Below are positions 31,909 to 39,620 of a stretch of DNA of 64,000 nt, piece after piece. The DNA is from an uncultured virus (IMG/VR IMGVR_UViG_3300013307_000019) (lineage: Duplodnaviria; Heunggongvirae; Uroviricota; Caudoviricetes): IMG/VR virus record IMGVR_UViG_3300013307_000019. One strand, written 5' to 3'. The notes under the pieces were generated by a model. The model saw only the letters and a program-made list of their open reading frames with translations. It searched no databases and was not told where the DNA came from. A program made the translations under genes and the position numbers. The first letter of the stretch is position 1. Each line of letters begins with the position of its first letter.

Positions 31909-32214
31909 ATGGCTGTTGTCAAGACTGTCCGCCGTACCGACGATTTTGGAAGCGCAGGCGAGGCCACTCAGGTCCGCTTCTCTGTCGAGGGGCGTGACTA
32001 CGCCATCGACCTGAACAAGCGCAACCGCGAGACCTTCCTCCGTCGCATCGCCCCCTACATCGAGCACGGCCTCTCGCTGGACGAGAGCCGCAACCCTGCC
32101 GCCATCCGCGCATGGGCTGTGGAGAACGGCTACAACGTGACCGACCGTGGCCGCATCCCGTACGGCGTGGAGCAGGCCTACGAGGAGCATTTGGCCACTC
32201 TGAGCGCCGCGTGA
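31909..32214 (+). CDS. lsr2: Lsr2-like nucleoid-associated protein
   Basis: DD...A..VRFSVEG..YAIDL N-domain; AIRAWA.ENGY.V.DRGRIP C-domain. Confidence 0.92.
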   Translation: MAVVKTVRRTDDFGSAGEATQVRFSVEGRDYAIDLNKRNRETFLRRIAPYIEHGLSLDESRNPAAIRAWAVENGYNVTDRGRIPYGVEQAYEEHLATLSAA

Positions 32215-32220
32215 CGGTCT

Positions 32221-32257
32221 TGAGGCCCTTCTCCGGAGGGGCCTCAAAACTTTTTTC
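32221..32257 (+). terminator. intrinsic terminator
   Basis: TGAGGCCCTTC / GAGGGGCCTCA stem plus AAACTTTTTT. Confidence 0.75.
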
Positions 32258-32267
32258 TGGAAAGTAC

Positions 32268-32296
32268 TTGACAACATGTCATGTGACATGTAAAGT
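32268..32296 (+). promoter_or_regulatory. host sigmaA-type promoter (class I) with palindromic spacer
   Basis: TTGACA-17-TAAAGT; spacer contains CATGTCA-TG-TGACATG. Confidence 0.75.
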
Positions 32297-32336
32297 ATAA
32301 GTATCAAGTTCGAAACCAACCGAGAGGAGCAAGACT

Positions 32337-33242
32337 ATGTGGGCTTTCTTTAACTTTGGACTCCTGATGCCAGCACTTGTTCCCGAGAAGGTTCGGGAGC
32401 AGGAGGACGTGCTTGCGTGGACCAACAACGGCGAGTACGACCTTCAGGTTCGTGGCCGTCTTGAGGAGCACCTTCAGTACTTCATGGACAACTTCATGGA
32501 GGAAGGCACCTTCAACCCCACCATCCACGCGACCCCGCAGATGGACTACAACTTCCGCTTCTACACCACGGTCGAGGCGTACGCAGAGGGCATAAAGCAG
32601 GCCGCTCTTGCAATGGACTACGAGAAGTTCAAGACGACCTCTGAGCGCTTCTCGTGGAACAAGAAGTACCACTCGATCCTCAACCGCATCTGGGCAACCG
32701 TGTGCGACCTGAACGAGCCTGGTGGCTTCTACGGCCCGAAAAGTGACAGCAACCCCAACGGGTACACGTCGCGGTACAACGGCTGGGGCGGCTACTACGG
32801 TGAGACCTGGGACGACGACGGCGAGGGCTACTACACTCGTCGGCACAATCAGGTCACTGGCGCGGGATCAACGTATACGCCGCGGGTTGGAGACTCCTTC
32901 GGTCCCCGTGACGACGACATGAACTCCAACGTTCGTTTCTCTGACTCAAACCCCAACTCTTCCGCGTTCTTCGCAGACCGTGGGGACCTGGACGATGAGC
33001 TTGACACGGACGACCGCGACTCACTGGAATTCGTTCCGGAGAGCGAGCGGAAGATGTACGAGATTATCGATTCTTTCGATGAGTACGGCATCCCGCCCGA
33101 GGAGTGGTGGTCCTACGCTTCTCCCCGTGAGTTCACAATGGTAGAGCCGGTGCTGTTGGCTCGCTTCGGCAAGAAGGTTCTTCGCTCCATGCGGAAGAAG
33201 AATCGTAAGGCCTCACAGGAGCACGTTCAGCAGTACACTTGA
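32337..33242 (+). CDS. hypothetical protein
   Basis: Long ORF with SD GAGGAG and own promoter. Confidence 0.7.
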   Translation: MWAFFNFGLLMPALVPEKVREQEDVLAWTNNGEYDLQVRGRLEEHLQYFMDNFMEEGTFNPTIHATPQMDYNFRFYTTVEAYAEGIKQAALAMDYEKFKTTSERFSWNKKYHSILNRIWATVCDLNEPGGFYGPKSDSNPNGYTSRYNGWGGYYGETWDDDGEGYYTRRHNQVTGAGSTYTPRVGDSFGPRDDDMNSNVRFSDSNPNSSAFFADRGDLDDELDTDDRDSLEFVPESERKMYEIIDSFDEYGIPPEEWWSYASPREFTMVEPVLLARFGKKVLRSMRKKNRKASQEHVQQYT

Positions 33243-33245
33243 TAG

Positions 33246-33473
33246 ATGGCATATGAGAAGGCAGGATGGGCGACAATCACCGCCCCAAGTGGAGACTTGC
33301 ACATCCTGCCTTCTCACGATGTCATCGAGCACAAGAATAGATTCCACTGCGTCTGTAATCCCACGGTTGAAGTCTACAAAGACCTAACTGGGAAGATTTA
33401 CTGGGTCACCACCCACAACGCTTTCGATGAGTTCTTGGACGACAGCCAGACAGAGCCGTATAAGGGACTATGA
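33246..33473 (+). CDS. hypothetical protein (His/Cys)
   Basis: HILP..D..EH....C.C.P...HNA.D. Confidence 0.6.
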   Translation: MAYEKAGWATITAPSGDLHILPSHDVIEHKNRFHCVCNPTVEVYKDLTGKIYWVTTHNAFDEFLDDSQTEPYKGL

Positions 33474-33679
33474 CAGAAAATCTTCCGAAGGACCGGCCAG
33501 AATTCCTGTGGGAACTCATGGAAGCAATGCCTGTAGGTGCTTCTGTGAAAATCGCTGGGCCTGTCGCCACGGATGGTAGCACTTTCTACAAGGGTGAGGA
33601 CGGCCTGTGGCGCAGAAAGAACGAGGTTGCGGGCTGGATGCCACAGAACTTCACTGACAAGATTGTGCCGGTTCTTTGA
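33470..33679 (+). CDS. hypothetical protein
   Basis: ATGA overlap; GCCGTATA motif 7 nt upstream. Confidence 0.55.
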   Translation: MTENLPKDRPEFLWELMEAMPVGASVKIAGPVATDGSTFYKGEDGLWRRKNEVAGWMPQNFTDKIVPVL

Positions 33680-33864
33680 CTCATTACTCACGTGGACAGC
33701 AAGCACAAATCCGCAAGCGCATTCGACTTCGCGGAACTCACAACTTCACAGCCAAGGACAAGAAGTGCATCGCTTGCGGACACTTCTTCGGAGGGCCAGC
33801 CTGTATCCACACGGTTGAAGAGAATCAAGAAATTCTTCACCAGTTCGGGTTGACAACCGAATAA
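33676..33864 (+). CDS. small Cys/His protein
   Basis: TTGA overlap; CIACGH....C.H. Confidence 0.5.
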   Translation: MTHYSRGQQAQIRKRIRLRGTHNFTAKDKKCIACGHFFGGPACIHTVEENQEILHQFGLTTE

Positions 33865-33866
33865 CC

Positions 33867-33876
33867 GAGGCGTATA
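33867..33876 (+). promoter_or_regulatory. class II (phage-sigma) promoter motif heading the tRNA/ncRNA operon
   Basis: GAGGCGTATA; one of about 19 related copies in the window. Confidence 0.65.
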
Positions 33877-33973
33877 GTAGAGATATAACAACTTCACAGA
33901 CAGCGCGAAAAGTCGTCAGGGACTTCCACCACACAGAATGTGGTTAATCAGGCATTTAGACCGGATAGCGCTC

Positions 33974-34045
33974 GGGCCAGTCTCCGAGGTCTCCTTTCCT
34001 TGGTTGGTAGCTTACGGTTGGTAAATCCGGAGGCTGGCCCCTTTT
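33974..34045 (+). ncRNA. hairpin sRNA antisense to TACCAACC-SD leaders
   Basis: 13-bp stem 33974-33986/34028-34040; loop carries CTCCTTTCCTTGGTTGGTAG and a second GGTTGGTA. Confidence 0.65.
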
Positions 34046-34046
34046 C

Positions 34047-34128
34047 GCCCCCTTGGTGGAATGGAAGACACGGCAGATTCAAAACCTGCTACCTAAAGGG
34101 TGTGAGGGTTCAAGTCCCTCAGGGGGTA
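34047..34128 (+). tRNA. tRNA-Leu(CAA)
   Basis: Cloverleaf, long variable arm, GTTCAAGTCC. Confidence 0.9.
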
Positions 34129-34170
34129 CAAAGTCAAGTAGGGGGAAAGCAGAAGATAGCCCTACTGGCT

Positions 34171-34245
34171 GGATGGAGCGGCACTTTCAAGTAACTACTA
34201 AAAATAGTCGCTCACGCATCATCCGGCAAGAGGGCCGCTCCATCC
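34171..34245 (+). ncRNA. hairpin RNA with 12-bp perfect stem and 51-nt loop
   Basis: GGATGGAGCGGC / GCCGCTCCATCC. Confidence 0.45.
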
Positions 34246-34271
34246 GAAATTCATGTACGATAGTTGAATAT

Positions 34272-34343
34272 GCATCCTTGGTGTAAAGGTGAGCACAAGA
34301 GCTTCCAAACCTCTTAGAGTGGGTTCGAGTCCTACAGGATGTG
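34272..34343 (+). tRNA. tRNA-Trp(CCA)
   Basis: Cloverleaf; loop TTCCAAA; G73. Confidence 0.8.
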
Positions 34344-34368
34344 CGAGAAAATTGAATATAGACGGTGA

Positions 34369-34443
34369 CGCGGGGTAGGGCAGTTAGGTCAGCCCGCTAG
34401 GCTCATAACCTAGAGGCCGTGGGTTCGAATCCCACTCCCGCAA
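34369..34443 (+). tRNA. tRNA-fMet-like (CAT)
   Basis: CGCGGGG start with C1:A72 mismatch; CTCATAA loop. Confidence 0.88.
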
Positions 34444-34485
34444 CGAACCGGGCCACAAGGGTCCGGAATACTGTAAGGTAAGAGC

Positions 34486-34536
34486 ATGACGCATTTTGAG
34501 TACTACCCCGAACTGGAGGACCCAGTGTCGGCTTAG
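34486..34536 (+). other. leaderless uORF MTHFEYYPELEDPVSA ahead of a terminator-like hairpin
   Basis: TAAGGT-6nt-ATG; hairpin 34559-34589 follows. Confidence 0.35.
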
Positions 34537-34609
34537 TGCACCCAAAATGCAGTGCTCTAAGCCTCTTGACAGAAATGTTGGGAGGCTTTAGTCTTGGAAA
34601 AGACGACTA

Positions 34610-34629
34610 GAACTTTCAAAACTCCACAG
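34610..34629 (+). promoter_or_regulatory. boxA-like element
   Basis: GAACTTTCAAAACTCCACAG, 18/20 identical to 40131-40150. Confidence 0.5.
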
Positions 34630-34642
34630 AGGAACACTTAAT

Positions 34643-34717
34643 CGGGATGTAGCTCAGCTTGGCTAGAGCACTCGCTTTGGGAGCGAGGGGTCGCAGGTTC
34701 GAATCCTGTTATCCCGA
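34643..34717 (+). tRNA. tRNA-Pro(TGG)
   Basis: Canonical cloverleaf CGGGATG...TATCCCG A. Confidence 0.92.
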
Positions 34718-34720
34718 CTA

Positions 34721-34788
34721 GTGAGAGGCATGGGTTAGATTCCCATACGGCGACGAGCCGTTAGGCGTAAGTGTACAGCGCCGCTCAC
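34721..34788 (+). ncRNA. circularly permuted tRNA mimic (YrlA-like topology)
   Basis: Order: T arm, closed acceptor stem, TA, D arm; enclosed by GTGAG/CTCAC. Confidence 0.55.
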
Positions 34789-34793
34789 ATTAT

Positions 34794-34865
34794 CCGGTTG
34801 TCGCGTAAGGGTTAGCGCACTAGTTTTGGGAACTAGGGGACGGGTTTCGAGTACCTGCTATCGGA
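34794..34865 (+). tRNA. tRNA-Pro(TGG), divergent second copy
   Basis: CTAGT-TTTGGGA-ACTAG anticodon arm; TTCGAGT T loop. Confidence 0.75.
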
Positions 34866-34997
34866 CGAGAGAAGACAGTTGCTTTCAAATACGGAAGTGG
34901 ACACCTTCTCGTAAGGTCCCTCGCACGAGGGTTCCGGAGAGTGGCCAGTTACGTGGCTGAAGTACATGTGCCAGGAGGTAGGAGCTTGTACACTTAT

Positions 34998-35073
34998 GGT
35001 GTTGTGGTAGACGTTGGTTGTCTAGCTTAGACTGTGAATCTGAGTCTCACGGGTTCAATTCCCGTACATCACC
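34998..35073 (+). tRNA. tRNA-His(GTG)
   Basis: G-1:C73; CTGTGAA loop. Confidence 0.88.
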
Positions 35074-35127
35074 CGCGAGCGTAAGTTGCCGGTAAAATAG
35101 GCCTTTGGGAACTATGAACCGGACCAT

Positions 35128-35202
35128 GCGGATGTGGGGGAGTTTGGAGTCCCCGCCACCCTGTCAAGGTGGAGAACGCGGGTTCAAATCCCGTCTTTCG
35201 CG
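35128..35202 (+). tRNA. tRNA-Asp(GTC)
   Basis: CCACC-CTGTCAA-GGTGG; G73. Confidence 0.9.
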
Positions 35203-35243
35203 CGCAAGTTGACAATCGCCTCAAAGAGGCGTACAAATGATTT

Positions 35244-36033
35244 ACGGGCTTGGCCGATAAGGTACCGCGAGGTACTGAAAGATGGGACGACAACCCATCG
35301 CCATGAAAATGGTAACCCAAGCAATCCGAGTGATTCACTGGTCAGGAGCCAAACACCTGGCCAGCGTCATTCAAGTCACCTGAAGCTCCTCAGGGCCAAC
35401 CGGCGAGAGGAGGCCACCAGTAACGTGCTGTGTGGACAAGGGTTAGACGAGATTGAGGTTCATGAGGAAGGAATAGTAGTCCGAGCCGGTCAAGCAAGGG
35501 CGGATTCCATGAATGACAGAAGTACTGGATCGGCGGGTTCAGGGGAATGTCAGGAGAGATACAAGTAGCCCGACAGCAAAAGTATCCGAGGGTGTGTAGT
35601 ATTCTGGGCCTCAAAAGGGTTCGGAGCTACGCGAGTAAGCACATCCTCCGTCAATAACCGCATCATTAGCTCATTTGGCAGAGCGACTGTATTGGGAACA
35701 GTAGGTAGCTGGTTCAAACCCAGCATGTTTATGCAAAACAAAATCGAAAGACTTACTCAGTCTGGCGTGAAAGTGCCTTAACCCTCGGGCCGTCAGGTAA
35801 CCGAGGCACGGGAAGACTCGAAAGGTCCAACGTGTTGATAGGAAAGTAGCAGGAGTGTAGGGGCTTAGCGGCTCTTCCACGGTTGCAAAATCCGTCGAGT
35901 AATTCCAGACTTAAGGAAGTGGTCAGACCTAAACTGACCAGGCATGACAAGTACGGTGGCGACATCGTGGAGAAGTTGGGAACCAATAATCCAACGAAAG
36001 CTTGTTACGAAAGGCATACTCTCAGCCTTATCA
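35244..36033 (+). ncRNA. large structured RNA, probably GOLLD-type
   Basis: ~790 nt without a credible ORF; ends pair (GATAAGGT 35256-63 / GCCTTATC 36025-32); many hairpins; internal tRNA-like element; flanked by tRNAs. Confidence 0.65.
35660..35735 (+). tRNA. degenerate tRNA-Pro(TGG)-like element inside the large RNA
   Basis: D, anticodon (ACTGT-ATTGGGA-ACAGT) and T arms intact; acceptor stem has a TTT bulge. Confidence 0.6.
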
Positions 36034-36063
36034 CCCTCCGGGGCTTCGAAACCCCCGGAATTT

Positions 36064-36135
36064 GCTCTCATCGTTTAGTGGTTAGGACGCCAGCCTCTCA
36101 CGCTGGTAGCACGGGTTCGAATCCCGTTGGGAGTA
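36064..36135 (+). tRNA. tRNA-Glu(CTC)
   Basis: CCAGC-CTCTCAC-GCTGG. Confidence 0.9.
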
Positions 36136-36246
36136 CGATTCGGTCAACCGCACGCCTCCAACTGCCGGTGGTCACTAGTCGAAAAAGTAGGTGGGGTAGA
36201 CGCAGAAACTCTTGTCTGGGGGGTTCCGAATCAAAACCAGACACTT

Positions 36247-36321
36247 GCTCTCATCGTTTAGTGGTTAGGACGCTGGCCTTTCAAGCCGGTAGCACGGGTT
36301 CGAGTCCCGTTGGGAGTACCA
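36247..36321 (+). tRNA. tRNA-Glu(TTC)
   Basis: Near-duplicate of the preceding tRNA; encoded CCA. Confidence 0.92.
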
Positions 36322-36392
36322 GAGGACGTGTTGTGACGGCGGCACGTTGAAAAAAGGTAGCCCTTTCACACGGGAGCCGAGTCGTCCCATAT

Positions 36393-36475
36393 GCCGTAGC
36401 GCCGAAGTTGGAGAGTCGGGGCGGTCTGTAAAACCGTTGCCATTGGCTGAGTGAGTTCGAATCTCACATGCGGTA
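36393..36475 (+). tRNA. tRNA-Tyr(GTA)
   Basis: CTGTAAA loop, long variable arm. Confidence 0.88.
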
Positions 36476-36605
36476 CAACTACATTCCTGGTCTTTTTCCG
36501 CCAGGGGTGGAAGCGAGATAAGGAAAAGTGACTCTCGCACATGTCCTGGTCAGTACACTGGGGGGCTTTAGGGTCTCCTGGGACGTAAAAAGGACCAACC
36601 AATAC

Positions 36606-36683
36606 GGCACCTTAGCTCAGTTGTGGTATTAGAGCGGTGGATTGAAAACCCACAGGTCACCGGTTCGACTCCGGTAGGTGTCA
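36606..36683 (+). tRNA. tRNA-Phe(GAA)
   Basis: TTGAAAA loop, cloverleaf. Confidence 0.9.
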
Positions 36684-36901
36684 CGCAGGAAGACGCTAGC
36701 CTTCCTAATCCGTACAGACGCCGTAGGCGCGCTAGGGTACTGTCTAGTACGGGTCTCCATAACCGGTCGAGGCAATGACACGGAGGGGGAGTCTTGTGCG
36801 GAGGCGCACAGAGTCTTAAAGGTTTGAGAAGCGCTGTCGCCAGTTGCAGATACGGACCAAGTAGGGCTTTGTACGCTGACCAATCAAGCTCCCCCGCATA
36901 T

Positions 36902-36983
36902 GGCTTCTTGGTGGAATTGGTATACACGCTGGTCTTAGGAACCAGTGCCGCAAGGCATAAGAGTTCGAGTCTCTTAGGAGCTA
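36902..36983 (+). tRNA. tRNA-Leu(TAG)
   Basis: CTGGT-CTTAGGA-ACCAG, variable arm. Confidence 0.9.
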
Positions 36984-37087
36984 CGTCGTAAAAGGAATAT
37001 GTAACTTGTTATCGGGTACCCGCTGTAGCTGAGACAAGCCCTATCCCGGAGGACCCTAATCAGCGGTGGGTTCTCCACGAACACTTT

Positions 37088-37170
37088 GCACGTATGGTGA
37101 AATGGTAGACACGCCAGCTTGAGGGGCTGGTGCCCGCAAGGGCGTGCTGGTTCGAGTCCAGTTATGTGCA
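37088..37170 (+). tRNA. tRNA-Leu(GAG)
   Basis: CCAGC-TTGAGGG-GCTGG, variable arm. Confidence 0.9.
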
Positions 37171-37199
37171 CGCGAAAGTAGTGTTGTATACTGAGCACC

Positions 37200-37234
37200 G
37201 CCCCCGGTCACTGCAAATGGCCGGGGGTTTTCTT
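37200..37234 (+). terminator. intrinsic terminator ending the first tRNA block
   Basis: CCCCCGGTCA / TGGCCGGGGG plus TTTTCTT. Confidence 0.8.
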
Positions 37235-37317
37235 GTTTCTGGGGTTTGACAACCGTATAGTCTTACGTATAGGGTAATTGCAGGCACAGAGAGTGCCGCT
37301 AATTGAAGGAGAAACAT

Positions 37318-37524
37318 ATGAAGCAGAAGATTCTTGCCGGTCTCGCTACCGCGGGCATCGTCACGGCCCTCGTGTTCGTTGGAGCCGCTGAGGCCAACGC
37401 AAAGACGACCGTGCCGGTTCCCAACCCCACCGCACCGATTGTGACCCCGGACGAGGCTCACTCGCTTCTTCCCTCTCCATACGGCACGGGTACCGTTTGG
37501 GGAGGAACGCCCTGGACTCCGTAA
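37318..37524 (+). CDS. small secreted protein
   Basis: Signal peptide (MKQKILAGL...AEANA); TTGACA promoter at 37246; SD AAGGAG. Confidence 0.65.
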   Translation: MKQKILAGLATAGIVTALVFVGAAEANAKTTVPVPNPTAPIVTPDEAHSLLPSPYGTGTVWGGTPWTP

Positions 37525-37538
37525 GCTCCTAGACATCA

Positions 37539-37569
37539 ACCCCTGGTCCTCTGTGACCAGGGGTTTTTG
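37539..37569 (+). terminator. intrinsic terminator
   Basis: ACCCCTGGTC / GACCAGGGGT plus TTTT. Confidence 0.8.
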
Positions 37570-37644
37570 CTTTTGTGGGCTATGAGGCGTAAAGAAAAGG
37601 TATGCTGGAAGGAATAGTGCCAGCCATTACCCAAGGAGTTCCAA

Positions 37645-37881
37645 GTGTCAAGGTTGAGTGAAAGACTCAAGGAAGCCAAGAATCCAACCAAGAAGTCGAA
37701 TATGGACCTCTGGCTGGAATCCCTCTCTGACGAGGACCGCAAGGCCGTTCTGGACGCCGCAAAGGACGAGAACCTCAAGAACTACACGCTTTACGGAATC
37801 CTCCGTCAGGAGGGCTTGAAGGTCTCTAAGGATACCTTTATCAAGTGGCGTGACGCACAACTGGGAGTGATGGTCGTATGA
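37645..37881 (+). CDS. small helical protein (possible DNA-binding)
   Basis: SD AAGGAG; coupled to the phosphoesterase. Confidence 0.65.
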   Translation: MSRLSERLKEAKNPTKKSNMDLWLESLSDEDRKAVLDAAKDENLKNYTLYGILRQEGLKVSKDTFIKWRDAQLGVMVV

Positions 37882-39089
37882 GCCTGTCAGACGCGCTAGA
37901 CGCCGCTAAGACGAAAGCACTCGCCGCTATCAAGGCAGACGAGGAAATCATCTACACGTCGGACGGCGAAGTTCTGTCCGCAAGTCTCATGATGGCTTCC
38001 GCCTGGGGCGAGGATGACTGGAAGGCCTGGCTAGAACTGAAGGGCACCAACCCTGAGGAAGTCACCTTCACCTTCGGTGTGACGAGCAACCCTAACGGCG
38101 GCTACTGGAACAAGCTCCTCAACGTCAAGTACACGAACAAGATTTTGGGTGACGAGGTTCCCGCTTGGCCCGTCATTCAGCCTTCGCGTAAGCAGTACAA
38201 GATTACGCCGGTAGTGCGGAGCCGCAAGAACTCCAAGTTCAAGACCGCCGTAGTCGGGGCTGACACGCAGATTGGGTTCGACATGGACCCACAGGGCAAC
38301 CTCACGCCGTACCACGATGACGCGGCCATGGACATCTTCAGTCAGATTGTCCAGATGGAGGACCCGGACGTTACTGCGCTCGCAGGAGACATCATTGACC
38401 TGACCGAGCAGGGCCGGTGGGTGCAGGAAGCAAGATTTGCTCACACGACCCAGCCTTCTCTTGACCGCACACGCGAATTCGCCGCAGACCTGAGAGCCAG
38501 GACTTCCGGCAAAATCATCTTTATCGAGGGAAACCACGACAAGCGGTTCCAAGGCTTCATGGAAGCCAACGCCAAGAGCGCCATGGGACTCAAGAAGGCA
38601 GGCTACCCAGACTCCTGGCCCGTCATGAGCGTGCCAAATCTTGTCGGTCTGGATGACTTCGACATCGAGTACATCGACGCCTATCCCGCAGGGGCTTACT
38701 GGCTCACCAACGACCTCAGAATCATCCACGGCACCAAGAGCGTGTCCAAGGGTTCTACGGCCTCTCAGTACGCCAACGAGACTCCTCACCTATCAACGAT
38801 CTTCGGGCACAGCCACAGGCTAGAAGTTCAGAGCAAGACAATCTTCGACCGAGCCGGAAAGATTCGGACGATGAACGTAAACCCCGGCTGTCTGTGTCGA
38901 GTTGACGGCATGGTTCCCGGAGTTCACGGAGCACGCCACCTAGACGGATCAAAAGCTACGTACTGGGAGAACTGGCAACAGGGCGTGACAGTGGTAAGGT
39001 TCAAGGAGAGCGGAGAGTTCTTCGTAGAACTGATTCAGATTGACGACGGCGTAGCGTTCCACCTGGGACAAGAATTGAGAGCATCATGA
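37878..39089 (+). CDS. calcineurin-like metallophosphoesterase
   Basis: D.Q, GDIID, GNHD, HG, GHSH motifs. Confidence 0.85.
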   Translation: MSLSDALDAAKTKALAAIKADEEIIYTSDGEVLSASLMMASAWGEDDWKAWLELKGTNPEEVTFTFGVTSNPNGGYWNKLLNVKYTNKILGDEVPAWPVIQPSRKQYKITPVVRSRKNSKFKTAVVGADTQIGFDMDPQGNLTPYHDDAAMDIFSQIVQMEDPDVTALAGDIIDLTEQGRWVQEARFAHTTQPSLDRTREFAADLRARTSGKIIFIEGNHDKRFQGFMEANAKSAMGLKKAGYPDSWPVMSVPNLVGLDDFDIEYIDAYPAGAYWLTNDLRIIHGTKSVSKGSTASQYANETPHLSTIFGHSHRLEVQSKTIFDRAGKIRTMNVNPGCLCRVDGMVPGVHGARHLDGSKATYWENWQQGVTVVRFKESGEFFVELIQIDDGVAFHLGQELRAS

Positions 39090-39394
39090 CTGACGAGAAG
39101 AAGCCGCTCCTTAGCGGAGACTACGGGCTTACCCTGACCTACCTCAACGAAGACCTCGCATGGGGCATGAAGGTGTGGCGCGAGAACGGGATTCCTGTGT
39201 ACCTCTACGAGGTTCACTACCGCGACGACGAGCACCCGGAGCCTATCTATGTCCGCGAGAAGATGGTAGGAGACCCAGAGGGCGCAACCAACTCTAGCGA
39301 AATGACGGTGGTACCCAGCCTGGTGAAGCGTCTGGTTCTTCTTCTCACAGATGAGGACTTCAGAAACAAGCTTCGAGTTCTTGGTTCCGACTGA
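39086..39394 (+). CDS. hypothetical protein
   Basis: ATGA overlap. Confidence 0.6.
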   Translation: MTDEKKPLLSGDYGLTLTYLNEDLAWGMKVWRENGIPVYLYEVHYRDDEHPEPIYVREKMVGDPEGATNSSEMTVVPSLVKRLVLLLTDEDFRNKLRVLGSD

Positions 39395-39438
39395 CCTAAG
39401 GCGTATATCTAAATAATCGCTCGGGAAGGGGAACTACC

Positions 39439-39594
39439 ATGAGAGCAACATTCGATGATGAGGTTAACGCCTACCACTTCAGTTCTGAGGAGCTTCGTCC
39501 GGGCGAGGTAGTGAAGACTATCAACCTGGGTTCTCGCAACGTAGTACTGGATATCGACCGCAATGGCCGCATCGTGGGTGTAGAGGTTTTCTGA
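39439..39594 (+). CDS. DUF2283-like small protein (51 aa)
   Basis: MRATFDDEVNAYH...VVLDIDRNGRIVGVEV pattern. Confidence 0.65.
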   Translation: MRATFDDEVNAYHFSSEELRPGEVVKTINLGSRNVVLDIDRNGRIVGVEVF

Positions 39595-39620
39595 TGTCTA
39601 CAACTACCGATAGTAAGTCT

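Noticed and set aside
33960..34027. Minus-strand early-type leader (TACCAACC...AAGGAG) starting a reverse gene
   Set aside because: No start codon at SD distance and no TTGACA promoter seen on that strand; the sequence sits in a + strand hairpin loop
35606..35640. tmRNA 5' end (GGGCCTCAAAAGGGTTCGG)
   Set aside because: No matching 3' acceptor/T arm or tag ORF; better explained as a hairpin of the large RNA
33940..36350. ORFs 33940-34194, 34053-34286, 35134-35568 and 35883-36350
   Set aside because: They overlap clear tRNAs or the large structured RNA and lack SD and protein-like composition
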